From NCBI RefSeq assembly GCF_009914755.1, contig NC_060926.1: a stretch of 64,000 bases of DNA. The stretch is one strand, 5' to 3'. Both the position numbers and the translations under genes were made by a program. Under the pieces are notes generated by a model that saw only the letters and a program-made list of their open reading frames with translations, did not search any database and had not been told where the DNA came from. Positions 14,040 through 29,295 of this stretch are shown piece after piece. Within the stretch, counting starts at the first letter, position 1; every line of letters starts with the position of its first letter. This stretch comes from the human T2T-CHM13v2.0 reference genome, Homo sapiens.

Positions 14040-14150
14040 AGATCAGAAGAGAGAAAAAAAGAAGGAAAGAAGAATGGGAGGGAGAAAGAGAGAGGGAGGG
14101 AGAGAGGCAGAGATGGAGGAAGGGAGGGAAGGAAGGAGAGTGAAAATCAG
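14040..14150 (+). repeat. GA-rich polypurine low-complexity tract
   Basis: Almost pure A/G run, e.g. gggagggagaaagagagagggagggagagagg. Confidence 0.85.
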
Positions 14151-14887
14151 AGTAAAAAGATTGATGGGTAGAGTGAAGATAGAATAGAATTATATTTGGG
14201 TGATCTGTGTTTTCCTTGTTGGATAACATTGCATCCTTACATAAATGTAAATTGGCAGTTCCCTCAAAATTATGAAATGTAAACAATTATTCAATTACGA
14301 TCATATATACTTTAATTTGTCTCTGGGATTTTCCTAGTTGTGTTATTAATTTTTAATATTCCTAGGTAATATGATATTTTAAGGTTTCTTAATTAACATC
14401 AGCTACCTCAATTATTTTGAAATAAAATTAATTTAATCAGTAAGTAAATATTCATGAAGGCATGAGATGTCTAAACTAGAGCAACACCTCATATTTTTAT
14501 TTCTATTAAACATTATTTCTATTATATACTTATGGTGCCTCGGGGGGTAGGATGGTGAAAAGAGTTATACAGGGGACCTCTCTGAAGAAAATTACTAGTA
14601 CTTAACTTAATATTTTGAATAGTTTGTTTTTATACATTTAATGAAGTATAATTGACATATAATAAATGAGAGACATATGAAAGATTACAGTTTATTGAGT
14701 TTTTGACATATTTATATAACTGTGAAACCATTACCAAAATCAAGATAATTAACTGATTCAAAACCCCAAAAGTTTCCAAGTATTCCTTTGTCACTTATTC
14801 ATCCGTTTATTCCACTCCTTCCCATCTGGAGGAAATCACTGAATTGCTTTCTGTGTCTACAGATCTGTTTACACATTTTAGAATTTT

Positions 14888-15280
14888 TTTTTTATTATTA
14901 TACTTTAAGTTTTAGGGTACATGTGCACATTGTGCAGGTTAGTTACATATGTATACATGTGCTGTGCTGGTGCGCTGCACCCACTAACTCGTCATCTAGC
15001 ATTAGGTATATCTCCCAATGCTATCCCTCCCCCCTCCCCCCACCCCACAACAGTCCCCAGAATGTGATATTCCCCTTCCTGTGTCCATGTGATCTCATTG
15101 TTCAGTTCCCACCTATGAGTGAGAATATGCAGTGTTTGGTTTTTTGTTCTTGCGATAGTTTACTGAGAATGATGATTTCCAATTTCATCCATGTCCCTAC
15201 AAAGGACATGAACTCATCATTTTTTATGGCCGCATAGTATTCCATGGTGTATATGTGCCATATTTTCTCAATCCAGTCTA
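14888..15280 (-). mobile_element. Young 5'-truncated L1PA2-type insertion (about 390 bp) with TSD
   Basis: Near-consensus L1 3' UTR with cacattgtgcagg and actaactcgtcatc (GAG state, not the L1HS ACA/ACG); TACACATTTTAGAATTTT at 14870-14887 and 15279-15296. Confidence 0.9.
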
Positions 15281-16883
15281 CACATTTTAGAATTTTAATT
15301 AAATGGAATCATACAATATGTACTCTCATTTTGTAAACAGCTTTGTTGAGGTGAAATTGACATACAATAATCCAGTGGTGTTTAAAGCACTATACACTGT
15401 ATTTTGCCTACCTTCTTTCACTCAATATAATTATTTTGAAATTCACCTATGTTGATAAATGGATCAAAAATTTGTTCTTTTTTTGATAACTATTACTTTG
15501 TTGTATGGATATGCCAAAATTTGTTTATCTGTTATCTTGTTTATTGACATTTCAGTTGTTTTCATTTCATGGCTATTGAAGATGTTATGAATGTTTCTGT
15601 ACATGTTTTTATATAGATATATGTTTTTATAAATATCTACCAGTGGATTAGCTGTTTTATTACAAGTGTATGATTTTCTTTTGAAGAAACTGACAAAATG
15701 TATTACAAAATAACTGCATTCATTTACATTTTCACCAATGGTGTGTAAGCGATCCAGTTCCAACATACCCTTGCCAATACTCGGTAAGTTCACTCTTTTT
15801 AAGTTTTAACCATTCTAGTAGGTTTGTAATGGTATCTTATTGTGATTCTGCTTTTTATTTCCCTAATGGTTAAGACTGTTGAACAGTTTTTCATGCCCTT
15901 GTCTTTTATACATTTCCTTTAGTGAATTGTCCAATTTTTTTTGTTTTAATTGACTTATTCTATTATTTTTTAAATGTTGTATATACTCTAAGTGAAGTCA
16001 TTTCCTTGATATGTTTTGCAAATATTTTCTCCAAATCTGTGGCTTTTATTATTTTATCAGCAAATGTTCTTTGAAGAGCAAAAGCTTTTAATTTTGATAA
16101 TGTCCAATTTATGATTTTTCACCTTTAATATTCATAATCTTTGTGTTCTATTTAAGAAATCCTGGCCTCATATAATATCAAAATTTTTTCTTCTACATTT
16201 TTTTCTAAAAGTTTTATAGTTAAGGCACTAACATTTTGGTTTGAGTCATTTTGAATTATTATTTTTATATAATATAAGGTAAAAGTTTAGATTAATTTTT
16301 TATATATGACTATCTAATAATTTCAGCAACACTTGTTGAAGAGATTGTGCCTTCTTCATTGACTTGTCTAGGCAGTGTTACTGAAAATAAATTGACCATA
16401 AATGTAAGGATCTTTTCCTAGACCATTAATCTATACTTTATCTTTAAACTTATACCACACTGCCTTGATTTTTGTGGCTTTATAGTAAGTTTTGAAATTA
16501 GGTAATATAAATTCTGCGACTTTTTAAAAAAACTGTTTTGTTTATTCTAAGTCTTTGGCATTTCCATGTTACTAAAGTTAACTTGCCAATTACTGAAAAA
16601 AATCAGTGGAAGTTCTGCCTGAGATTGTCTTTAATCTATATATCACTTTATGAAAAATTCACTTTTTAACAACATTAAGTCTCTCAATCCATGAATATAG
16701 ATTAATTCATGGTCTCAATTTCTTTCCACAATATTTAGTAATTTTCAGTGCAGAGATCTTAAAGATCACTTATTACACTTTTCCTATGTATTTTATAATT
16801 TTAATATTATTGTTGATGGTATTTTTAAAATTTCAATTTCCAGTTGTTTACTGTTAGAGTGAAGAAAATACATTTATTTTGTT

Positions 16884-17408
16884 TGTGATTGGCAGCCTCT
16901 AAAATGGCTCCAAGTGATCTTGACTTTCAAGTTTTTATGACTTATTGTATCACCTGGTTATAGTCAAACATTTTAATAAACAGAATGTGGAAAAATTAGT
17001 GAGACGTCACTTCCACGATTATATTTCAAAAGGACTTTGATTTCCCTTTTATTCATCCTCTCTCAGAAAACCAGTTGCCACATTATGAGCTACACTTTGG
17101 AGAAATTCCCTTGGTAAGAAAAACAAAGGAAACCTCCAAATAACATCCAGCAAGAGACAAAAGCCTTCATTACAACATCTCAAAAGGATTTGAATTATTT
17201 CAACAACCACGTGTAAATGTTTGAAAACAAATACCCCCTTCAGATGAGACCACAATCTAGGTCAACAGAATGATTGCATCCTTGTGAAGAGACTGCGAGG
17301 AAGCCCTACCCAGATTCCTAATTCACTGTATGGTTAGATAAAAAATGCTTATTGTTTAAACCGTTATATTTTGAAATAATTTATTAAACAGTAATAGGTA
17401 AGTAATAA
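16884..17408 (+). mobile_element. MLT1E/F-like MaLR solo LTR inserted into L1M
   Basis: tgtgattggcagcctctaaaatggctccaagtgatc ... attgtttaaaccgttatattttg ... cagtaataggtaagtaata. Confidence 0.75.
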
Positions 17409-17724
17409 AAATGCTGATATACTGGTCTTTTAACCTACAACTTTTCCAAATGTGCTTATTGGTTCTAGATATTTTGTAGATTCCTTATTATTTTCTACGT
17501 ACATGATGATGTCATTTACAAATATAGACCATTTTATTTCTTCCTTTCCAAAATGTATGAGGTTTACTCTTCTCACCTTATCAGACTGAATACCACCTAC
17601 AGTAAAATATTACCTATAGGTTTTGTGAAGATTAAGTGTTTCAGAGTGACAGAGTTCCCATCCACTTCTAATTTGCTAATATCTTTTTATAATTATGAAT
17701 GATTATAATTTTGTTATATCAAAT

Positions 17725-17833
17725 TGATTTTACAGATTTTTATTTGTGCAAATGTATGAGGTACACATGCAACTTTGTTACATGCACAGATTGCACAGTG
17801 GTCAAGTCAGGGCATTTAGGGTATCCAGTACCC
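17725..17833 (-). mobile_element. Short L1MA-like 3' end fragment nested in L1M
   Basis: aatgtatgaggtacacatgcaactttgttacatgcacagattgcacagtggtcaagtcagggcatttagggtatcca. Confidence 0.65.
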
Positions 17834-18242
17834 AAATTAAATGCTTTTTATGCATCTATTAAAATAATCATTAGCATTGATTAATTTCTGAATGTCAATC
17901 TAACTTTGCATTCACATGACAAACCCCATTTGGTTGTATGTGCAGTGGCATTTACATATTGTTGAATTAAATTTGCTAAAATGTTGTTAAATATTTTTGC
18001 ATGTATGTTCATGGAAAACATTGGTATAGAATTTTTTTCTTGTATAGACTTTTAGGTTATTGTTTTGTTTTGTTTTCAAGTAAAGATGTCACGGCCTCCA
18101 GAAATGAGTTGCTTGGTGTTTCCTTCATCATCAATTTTTCAAAAAGTATTTGTCTAGAATTGGTATTATTTTTTCCTTAGATGTTTGGTAGAATTTATCA
18201 GTGAAGTCACACATACCTGGGGTTTTTCTTGTGAGAAGTTTT

Positions 18243-19141
18243 GTTTTATTAAACAGCTTTATTAAAGTATATATTTCACAGAATGAACACCATTCTCCCA
18301 TTTAATATGTATAATTTGATATTTTAGTATATTTACAGATATATGAAACTGCCACCACACTCAATTTTATAACCTTTTATCACTTCAGGAAGAAACCTCA
18401 CGTCTTTTAGTTATTATTGTCCTTTTTCTGTGTCCCTCCTAGCCCCAAGCAACCACTAATCATCTTTCTATCTCTATAGATTTCCTTATTCTGAACTTCC
18501 CTAATGGAATTATACAGAACATGGTCTTTATCACTCTTCATTCTTCAATTATCATGTGTTCAAGGTTTATTCATGTTGTAGCGTTTATCAGTACTTCATT
18601 ATTTTTTTGTGGCTGAATAATATTCTACTTTAATAATTTACCAACTTTTGTTTATCCATTTATCTGTTATTGAACATTTGAGTAGTTTCCACCACTTGAC
18701 TTTTATGAATAATGCTGCAATGAATATTTGAGTACAAGTTTTTATGTAGACAAATGTTTTCAACGATCTTCAGTGCATACTTAGGAGCAAAATTGTTGGG
18801 TCACATGGCAACTCTACGTTCAATAATTCAAGCAACAGATAAAGAGCTTTCCAAATTGTGTGTAAAATTTTGCATTCCCACTAGCAATGTATTATGCTTT
18901 TTAAAAGTCTTGTCAAGAATTTCTCCACATTCTTGACAAGACTTTTCACTTTCTTGATGGCGGCCTTTGAAGCATAAAAGATTTTATTTTTGATAAAGTC
19001 TAATTCATCTGTTTTCCTTTTATTACTTATGTGTTTGGTGTCATATTTTAAAATCTTTTGATGAATCCAAGGCAAAAATATTTCACCCCTATGGTTTCTC
19101 TTGAGAGTTTTATAATTTTATTCCTATACTTAGGTCTTTGA
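18243..19141 (-). mobile_element. L1MB-like 3' portion, resuming at about 25393-25465 beyond the full-length L1PA
   Basis: aaacagctttatt ... tagccccaagcaaccactaat ... ttaggtctttgatt, continuing as ttttgagttaatttttgtgcatggt at 25401. Confidence 0.8.
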
Positions 19142-19439
19142 TTCTTTTTTAAATTTATTTTTTATTTTTTTACTGTAAGTTCTGGGATACAGGTGCAGAA
19201 CCTGCAAGTTTGTTACATAGGTATACATGTGCCATGGTGGTTTGCTGCACCTATCAACCCATCACCTAGGTTTTAAGCCCCACATGTATTAGCTATTTGT
19301 CTTGATGCTGTCCCTCCCCTCACCTCACAATGTGACAGGCCCTGGTGTGTGTTGTTCCCCTTCCTGTGTCCATCTGTTCTCACTGTTTAACTCTCTCTTA
19401 TGAGTGAGAACATATGGTATTTGGTTTTCTGTTCCTGTG

Positions 19440-22400
19440 TTAAGTTTGCTGAGGTTAATGGCTTCCAGCTTCACCCATGTCCCTGCAAACAACATAATCT
19501 CATTCCTTTTTGTGGCTGCATAGTATTCCACGGTGTATATATACCACATTTTCTTTATCCAGTCTATCATTGATGGGCATTTCGGTTGGTTCCATGTCTT
19601 TGCTATTGTAAATAGTGCTGCAATAAACATACATGCACATGTATCTTTATAAGTGAATGTTTTATATTCCTTTTGGTATATACCCAGTAATGCAATTGCT
19701 GGGTCAAATGGTATTTCTGGTTCTAGGACTTTGAGGAATCGCCACACTGTCTTCCAGAATGGTTGAACTAATTTACATTCCCATCAACAATGTAAAAGCA
19801 TTCCTATATCTCCACAGCCTCGCCAGCATCTCTTGTTTCCTGATGTTTTAATCTCCATTCTTATTGGTGTGAGATGGTATCTCATTGTGGTTTTGATTTG
19901 CATTTCTCTGATGATCAGTGATGTTGAGCTTTTTTTCATGTGTTTATTGGCCACATAAATGTCTTCTTTTGAGAAGTGTCTGTTCATGTACTTTTCCCAC
20001 TTTTTGATGGGGTTGTTTTTTCTTGCAGATTTGTTTTAGTTCCTTGTAAGTTCTGGATATTAGACCTTTGTCAGATGGGTAGATTGCAAAAATGTTCTCC
20101 CATTCTGTAGGTTGCCTGTTCACTCTGACAAGAGTTTCTTTTGCTGTGCAGAAGCCCTTTAGTTTAATTAGATCCCATTTATCAAATTTGGCTTTTGTTG
20201 CAATTGTTTTTGGATTTTTTTGTCATGAAGTCTTTGCACATGCCTATGTCCTGAGTGGTATTGCCTAGGTTTTCTTCTAGGGTTTTATAGTTTTGGGTTT
20301 TATATTTAAGTTTTTCATCCATCTTGAGTTAATTTTGTATGAGGTGTAAGGAAGGGGTCCAGTTTCAGTTTTCTGCCTATGGCTAGCCAGTTTTCCCAGC
20401 ACCATTTATTAAATAGGGGATATTTCCCCAGTCCTTGTTTTTGTCAGGTTTGTTGAAGATCTGATCCTTGTAGATGTGTGGTCTTATTTCTGAGGTCTCT
20501 GTTTTGTTCCATTGGTCTATATGTCTGTTTTGGTACCAGTACCATGCTGTTTTGGTTATTGTAGGCTTGTAGAATAGAAGTCAGGTAGTCTGATGCCTCC
20601 ACCTTTGCTCTTTTTGCTTAGGATTTTCTTGGCTATGTGGGCTCTTTTTTTGGTTCCATATGAATTTTCATTTAGTTTTTTTCTAATTCTGTGAAGAATG
20701 TCAATGGTAGTTTGATGGAACAGCATTGAATCTATAAATTAATTTCTGCAGTATGACCATTTTAATAACACTGATTCTTCCTATCCATGAAATTTTTTTT
20801 CATTTATTTGTGTATTCTTATTTCCTTGAGCAGTGGTTTGTATTTCTCCTTGAAGAGGTCCTTCACATCCCATGTTAGCTGTATTCCTAGGCATTTTATT
20901 CTCTTTGTAGCAATTGTGAATGGGAGTTCATTCACGATTTGGCTCTCTACTTGTCTATTGTTTGTGTATAGGAATGCTTGTGATTTTTGCACATGGGTTT
21001 GTATCCTGAGACTTTGCTGAAGTTGCTTATCAGCTTAAGGAGTTTGGGGGCCGAGACGATGGGATTTTCTAAATAAAGGATCATGTCATCTGCAATCAGA
21101 GACACTTTGACTTCCTCTCTTCCTATTTGCATACACTTTATTTCTTTCTCATGCCTGATTGTCCTAGCCAGAACATTTAATACTGTGTTGAACAGGAGTG
21201 GTGAGAGAATGCATCCTTGTCTTGTGCTGGTTTTCAAAGGGAATGCTTCCAGCTTTTGCCCATTCAGTACAATATTGGCTGTTGGTTTGTCATAAATACC
21301 TTTTAGGATATGTTTCATCAGTACCCAGTTTACTGAGAGTTTTTAGCATGAAGCGATGTTGAATTTTAGTGAAGGCCTTTTCTGCATCTATTGAGATCAT
21401 CATGTGGTTTTTGTCACTGGTTCTGTTTATGTGATGGATTACGTTTATTGATTTGCATATGTTGAACCAGCCTTGCATCCCAGGGATGAAACCAACTCCA
21501 TCATGTTGGGTGAGCTTTTCAACGTGCTGCTGGATTTGATTTGCCAGTATTTTATTGAGGATTTGTGCATCGATGTTCATTAGGGATACTGGCCTGAAGT
21601 TTCCTTTTTTTTGTTGCGTCTCTGCCAGGTTTTGGTATCAGGATGATGCTGGGCTCATAAAATGAGTTAGGAAGGAGTCTCTCCTTTTCTATTGTTCAGA
21701 ATAATTTCAGAAGGAATGGTACTAGCTCCTCTTTGTACCTCTAGTAGAATTCGGCTGTAAGTCTATCAGGTCCTGGGTTTTTTTTCTTGGGAGGCTATTA
21801 ATTCCTGCCTCAATTTCAGAACTTGTTATTATTCTATTCAGGGATTCAACTTCTTCCTGGTTTAGTCTTGGGAGGGTGTATGTGTCAAGGAATTTATCCA
21901 TTTCTTCTAGATTTTCTAGTGTATTTGTGTAGAGGTGTTTACAGTATTCTCCAATGGTAGTTTGTATTTCGAAGAGGTCTGTGGTGATAACCCCTTTATC
22001 ATTTTTTAATTATGTCTATTTGATTCTTCTTTCTTTTTTCTTTATTAGTCGAGTAGTGGTCTATCGATTTTATTAATTTTTTCACAAAACAGCTCCTGGA
22101 TTCATTGATGTTTGAAGGGTTTTTGATGTCTCTTAGTTATTTTTTGTCTTCTGCTACCTTTTGAATTTGTTTCCTCTTGCTTCTCTAGTTCTTTCAATTG
22201 TGATGTTAGCATATCAATTTGAGATCTTTCTAGCTTTCTGATGTTGGCATTTAGTGCTATAAATTTCCCTCTTAACACTGCGTTAGCTGCATCCTAGAGA
22301 CTCTGGCATGTTATCTCTTTGTTCTTATTGGTTTCAAAGAACTTCTTGATTTCTACCTTAATTTCATTATTTACCCAAGAGTAATTCAGGAGCAGATTGT

Positions 22401-23190
22401 TCAGTTTCCACATAGTTGTGTTGTCTTGAATAAGTTTTTTTAATCCTGAGTTCTAATTTGATTGCACTGTGGTCTGAGAGACTGTCTGTTATGATTTCAA
22501 TTCTTTTGCATTTGCTGAGAATGTTTTACTTCCAATTATGTGGTTGATTTTAGAGTAAGTGTTTTGTGGCAGTGAGAAAAATGTATATTCTGTTGTTTTA
22601 TGGTGGAGAGTTTTGTAGATATCTATTATGTCCACTTGATCCACAGCTGAATTCAAGTACTGAATATGCTTGTTAATTTTCTCTCATTCATCTGTCTAAT
22701 ACTGACTGTGGGGTGTTAAAGTCTCACATTCTTATTGCATGGGAGACTAAATCTCTTTGTAGATCTCCAAGAACTTGTTTTGTGAATCTGGGTGCTCTTG
22801 TATTAGGTGCATATATATTTAGGGTAGTTTGCTCTTCTTGTTGCACTGATCCCTTTACCTGCCATTATGTAATATCCTTCTTTGTCTTTTTTGATCTTTG
22901 TTAGTTTAAAGTCTGTTTTATCAGAGACTAGGATTGCAACCCCTGCTTTCTTCCGCTTTCCATTTGCTTGGCAAATTTTCCTCCATCCCTTTATTTTGAA
23001 CCTATGTGTGTCTTTGCACGGAAGATAGGTCACTTGAATACAGCACACCGATGTGTCTTGACTCTTTATTCAATTTGCCAGTCTGTGTCTTTTAACTGGG
23101 GAATTTAGCCCATTTACATTTAAGGTTAATATTGTTATGTGTGAATTTGATCCTGTCATAATGATGCTAGCTGGTTACTTTGCATAGTAG
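19440..23190 (-). pseudogene. Disrupted L1 ORF2 (endonuclease/reverse transcriptase)
   Basis: ORF-track pieces 19325-19747, 19784-19987, 20804-20992, 20947-21318, 21290-21580 and 22803-23048 are ORF2p segments broken by stops and frameshifts. Confidence 0.9.
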
Positions 23191-23259
23191 TTGATGCCGT
23201 TTCTTCATAGTGTCATTGGTGTTCACATTTTCGTGTGTTTTGCAGTGGCTGGTCCCAGT

Positions 23260-24295
23260 TTTGTCTTTCCATATTCAGTGCTTCCTTCAGGAGCTTTTTC
23301 AAGGCAGGCTTGGTGGTGATGAATTCCCTCAGCATTTGCTTTTCTGGAAAGGATTTTATTTCTCCTTAGCTTAGGAAGCTTATTTTGGCCGGATATGAAA
23401 TTCTGGGTTAAAAATTCTTTTCTTTAAGAATGTTGAATATTGGCTCCCACTCTCTTCTGGCTTGTAGGGTTTCTGCTGATAGATGTGCTGTTAGTCTGAT
23501 GGGCTTCCCTTTGTAGGTTACCTGGCCATTCTCTGTGGCTGTCCTTAACAATTTTTCCTTCATTTCTGCCTTGGACAATCTGCTGAGTATGTGTCTTCGG
23601 GTTGATCTTCTCGTGGATTATCTTAGTGGGGTTCTCTCTAGTTCCTGAATTTGAATGTTGGCCTGTCTTGCTAGGTTGGGGAAGTTCTCCCAGATAATAT
23701 CCTGAAGTGTGTTTTCTAACTTGGTTCTGCTCTCCTCATCTCTTTCAGGTAATCCAATCAGTCATAGGTTCATTGTTTTATTTTTTTATTTGTTTTTTGT
23801 TTTTTTTTTTTTTTACATAGTCCCATATTTCTTGGAGGTTATGCTTGCTCCTTTTCATTCTTTTTTCTCTGATCTTGTCTGCCTGCCTTATTTCAGCAAG
23901 ACAGTCTTCTATCTCTGATAGTCTTTCTTCCACTTGATTGATTCAGCTATTGATACTTGTGTAGGTTTCATGAAGTTCTCATGCTGTATTTTTCATCTGC
24001 ATCATGTCACTTATGTTCTTCTCTAAACTGGTTATTCTAGTTAGCAGGTCCTGTAACCTTTTATCAAGGTTCTTAGCTTCTTTGCATTGGGTTAAAACAT
24101 GCTCCTTTACCTCAGCAAAGTTTGTTATCACCCACCTTCTGAAGCCTACTTGTGTCAGTTTGTCCATCTAATCCTCCATCCAGTTCTGTGTCCTTGCTGG
24201 AGATGTGTTTGTGTTGCGGTCATCTGGAGGAGAAGGGACACTCTGGCCTTTTGGGTTGTCAGCGTTTCTTCATTGATTGTTTCTTATCTTCATGA
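23260..24295 (-). pseudogene. Disrupted L1 ORF1
   Basis: 23979-24167 coiled-coil fragment; position between the 5' UTR and ORF2. Confidence 0.8.
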
Positions 24296-25469
24296 GTTTG
24301 TCTAATTTTGATCTTCGAGGCTGCTAACCTCTTGGATGAGGTTTTAGTGGGGACGTTTTGTTGAAACTGTTGTCGTTGATTTCTGTTTGTTTGTTTTTCT
24401 TTCAACAGTCAGGTCCCTCTTCTGTAGGGCTGCTGCACTTTGCTGGGGGTTGACTTCAGGCCCTATTCATCTGGTTGGCTCCTGCACCTGGAGATGTCAC
24501 TCAAGGAGGCTGGAGATCAGCAAAGATAGGTGCCTGCTTCTTTGTCTGGGGCACCGACCTGATGTCAGCAGGAACGCTCCTGTATAGGATGTCTGACAAC
24601 GCCTGTTGGGGGGGGGGGTCTCACCTAGTTGGGTGACACGGGAAGCAGGATCCATTTAGTGAGACACTTTGGCTGTCCCTTTTTGCAGGGGATGTGCTGT
24701 GCTGGGTGGAAACCCACTTGTCTGGGCTGCCCGGGTTCCTCAGAGCTAACAGGAGGACAGACTATGTCTGCTGCTCTTCAGAGACTACAGCCACTCCTCC
24801 CACTAGGACCACAGGCCCAGGGAGATCAGAGTTCTGTCCCTGAGTCCTTGGCTAGAGTTGGAGTTCCTGCAGGGAGGTTCTGCAGCCACACTGTTGGCTG
24901 CTGCTCCTACCACAAGGAACTGAGACAGCTTAGACCACCAGCACTGGCAGCCAGAAGTGGTGATGGTGCCCCCTCCCCTCCGGGAACTCTGCAGGCCCAG
25001 GCCAAATCTAGTCAAGTGGATGTTGAGAATTTATGCGGCTCCATGGTTAGGGCCCAAGACCCGGGGTGGTGTGGGCTCCTGTGTGGGATCTTCGGATCCG
25101 TAGGTTGCAGTTCCGTGGAAAAAGTGCCGTTTCCCAGGCTGGGTGGCATGCTCACTCACCACCTCCCTTGGTTGGGGGTGGGGGCACCTCTGCCTTATGT
25201 GGCTGTCAGGTGTGCCACTGCACCACACTGTTCTTCCTTCCTCTCCCTGGGTCACACCAGCTGCCTAGTCAGTCCTGATGACAGAAACTGGATACCTTGG
25301 TTGCCAGTGCGGGGTTCCCAAGCTGTTTTGGATCTTCTCGATGGGAGCCTCTGATTGCTGCTGCTTCTAGTGGGTCATCTGGGCCCCACTTCCTGATTCC
25401 TTTTGAGTTAATTTTTGTGCATGGTATACAGTAAGGGTCTAACTTTATTCTTTTTTATACAGATTTATA

Positions 25470-27329
<1,860 letters not shown>

Positions 27330-27330
<1 letters not shown>

Positions 27331-27400
27331 ACCTCAAGTGATCTGCCCACCTCGGCCTCCCAAAGTGCTGGGGTTACAGGTGTGAGCCACTGGACCTGGC
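27330..27400 (-). mobile_element. Alu fragment, only the 5' ~70 bp
   Basis: acctcaagtgatctgcccacctcggcctcccaaagtgctggggttacaggtgtgagccac with no right arm or tail. Confidence 0.88.
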
Positions 27401-27630
27401 TTCAAGTTCATTTCTTGTAAGTGATGCAGATGTGTAGTTTTGATCATAAAACCTGACCTATGAGGAAAGCTTCTGGAAAGCTTCCAATAACATTCTATAC
27501 CTTGCTGTGGGAAACAGCTCCTGAAAATTCACTACTACTGTGGTGCCATGGGATAAGCTGCAACGTCTCTTTTTTCCCATAATCACATTTCTAAAAATAC
27601 CTCCTTACTCACAAAGAATAGCTATTTCTT

Positions 27631-29295
27631 TTAAAAAATTACAAAATTGGTATAGAACTACAAAAGATACAAAATAGCCAAAGCAATTCTGAGCAAAAAG
27701 CTGGAGGCATCACACTACCAGACTTCAAAATATACTACAAAACTATAGCAACTAAAACAGCACGGTAGTGACATAAACACAAACACAGAGACCAAAGAAA
27801 CAGAATATAGAACACAAAAACTAATCTATGTCTATAGTCAACTGATTTTTACAAAGGTGGGGGAAGTTCTCTTCAATAACAGTGTTAGGAAAACTGGATA
27901 CCCATATGCAGAAAAATGAAACTAGACCCCCCACCTCACACTCTATATAAAAAACAACTCAAAATGAATTAGAAAACTAAATATAGGACTCAAAACTTTA
28001 AAACTACTAGAAGAAAACACAGGGAAAATGCTTCAGGACATTAATTTAGGAAAAGATTTTATGAGCAAAGATCCCAAAAGCACAGGCAACAAAAGCAAAA
28101 ATAAACAATAGGAGTATATCAAACCAAAAAGTTTCTACACATCTGAGGAAACAGTTAACACTGTGAGAAGGCAACCTGCAGAAATAGGAGAAAATATTTG
28201 CAAACTACTGTTTCCACAGGGGATACAAACTCCACAGGGGATACTACTGTTTCCAGAGTATACAAGGAACTCAAACATCTCAACAGAAAAGAAACAAACA
28301 GTCCAATTAAAAAACAGTTAAATCATCTAAACAGATATTTATCAAAAAAAGAGACATACAAATAGCCAAGAAATATAAGAAAAAATGCTCGACATCACTT
28401 ATCATCAGGAAAATGCAAATCGAAAACACAATGAAATATCATCTTACCCTAGTTAGGGTGGCTATAATAAAAAACATAAAAAGTAACAAACGCTGATGAG
28501 GATGTGGAGAAAAGGTAAACCTGTACACTGCTAGTGAGAATGTAAACCAACGCAGCCACTATGGAGAACAGTGTGAAGTGTCCTCAAAAAAACTGCAAAT
28601 AGAAATACTATACGATTCAGCAATCCCACTACTGTGCATTTATTTACCCAAAGGAAAGGAACTCAATATATTGAAGAGATAGCTGCACTCCCATGTTTAA
28701 TGCAGCACTATTCACAATAGCCAAAATAAGGAATCAAACCAAGTGTCCAACAACAGATGAATGGGTAAAGAAAATATGGCATATATACACAATGGAATAC
28801 AATTCAGCCACAGAAAAAGAAAGAAATCCTGTCATTTGCAGCAACATGGATAAAAGTGGAGGACATTATAATAAGTAACTCAAGCCAGAAACAGAAAGTT
28901 ACACATTACATTCTCTCACTTGTATGGAAGCTGAAAAAACAGTTGATCTCCTGGAAGTAAAAATTAGAACAAAGTTTACTAGAACCTGGGAAGGACACAT
29001 GGAGGAGGGGAAAGGGGAATAGAGAGAGATTTGTTGAAGGACACAAAATTATAGCTAGATAGGAGGAATAAGTTATATTGTTCTACATCACTGTAGGATA
29101 GCTACAGTTAACCAAAACATATCATATATTTTCAAATAGCTGGAAAGGAGGATATTGAATGTTCCCAAAACAAAGAGATAATAAATGTTTGAGATGATGA
29201 ATCTGCTAATTACCCCGATCTCATCTGAATGTATCAAACCATCACTATGTAATCCTTAAGTATGTATAATTATTACATGTCAATTTTTTTAAAAT
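27631..29295 (+). mobile_element. 5'-truncated L1MA (L1MA2/3-like) with TSD
   Basis: ORF2 C-terminus MFNAALFTIAKIRNQTKCPTTDEWVKKIW; 3' UTR agctagataggaggaataag; ATAGCTATTTCTT at 27618-27630 and 29296-29308. Confidence 0.88.

Larger units (their letters stand above)
14620..18240 (-). mobile_element. Old L1M (L1MB/MC-like) 3' UTR and ORF2 remnant, host to several later insertions
   Basis: Antisense L1M motifs gtataattgacatataataaa, ctttatagtaagttttgaaatta, tgtagattcctta, ggtagaatttatcagtgaag. Confidence 0.8.
19142..25392 (-). mobile_element. Full-length (about 6.25 kb) inactive primate LINE-1, L1PA8-L1PA10-like
   Basis: Collinear 3' UTR, ORF2 fragments (C-terminal [35 protein letters not shown] and [30 protein letters not shown]), ORF1 fragment (HVLTQCKEAKNLDKRLQ) and GC-rich 5' UTR at about 24.3-25.4 kb; TSD-like tgattc(t/c)tttt at both ends. 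Confidence 0.93.

Noticed and set aside
24629-25354. Longest ORF in the window (241 aa)
   Set aside because: It lies antisense within the GC-rich L1 5' UTR, has a non-ATG start and shows no protein family resemblance.
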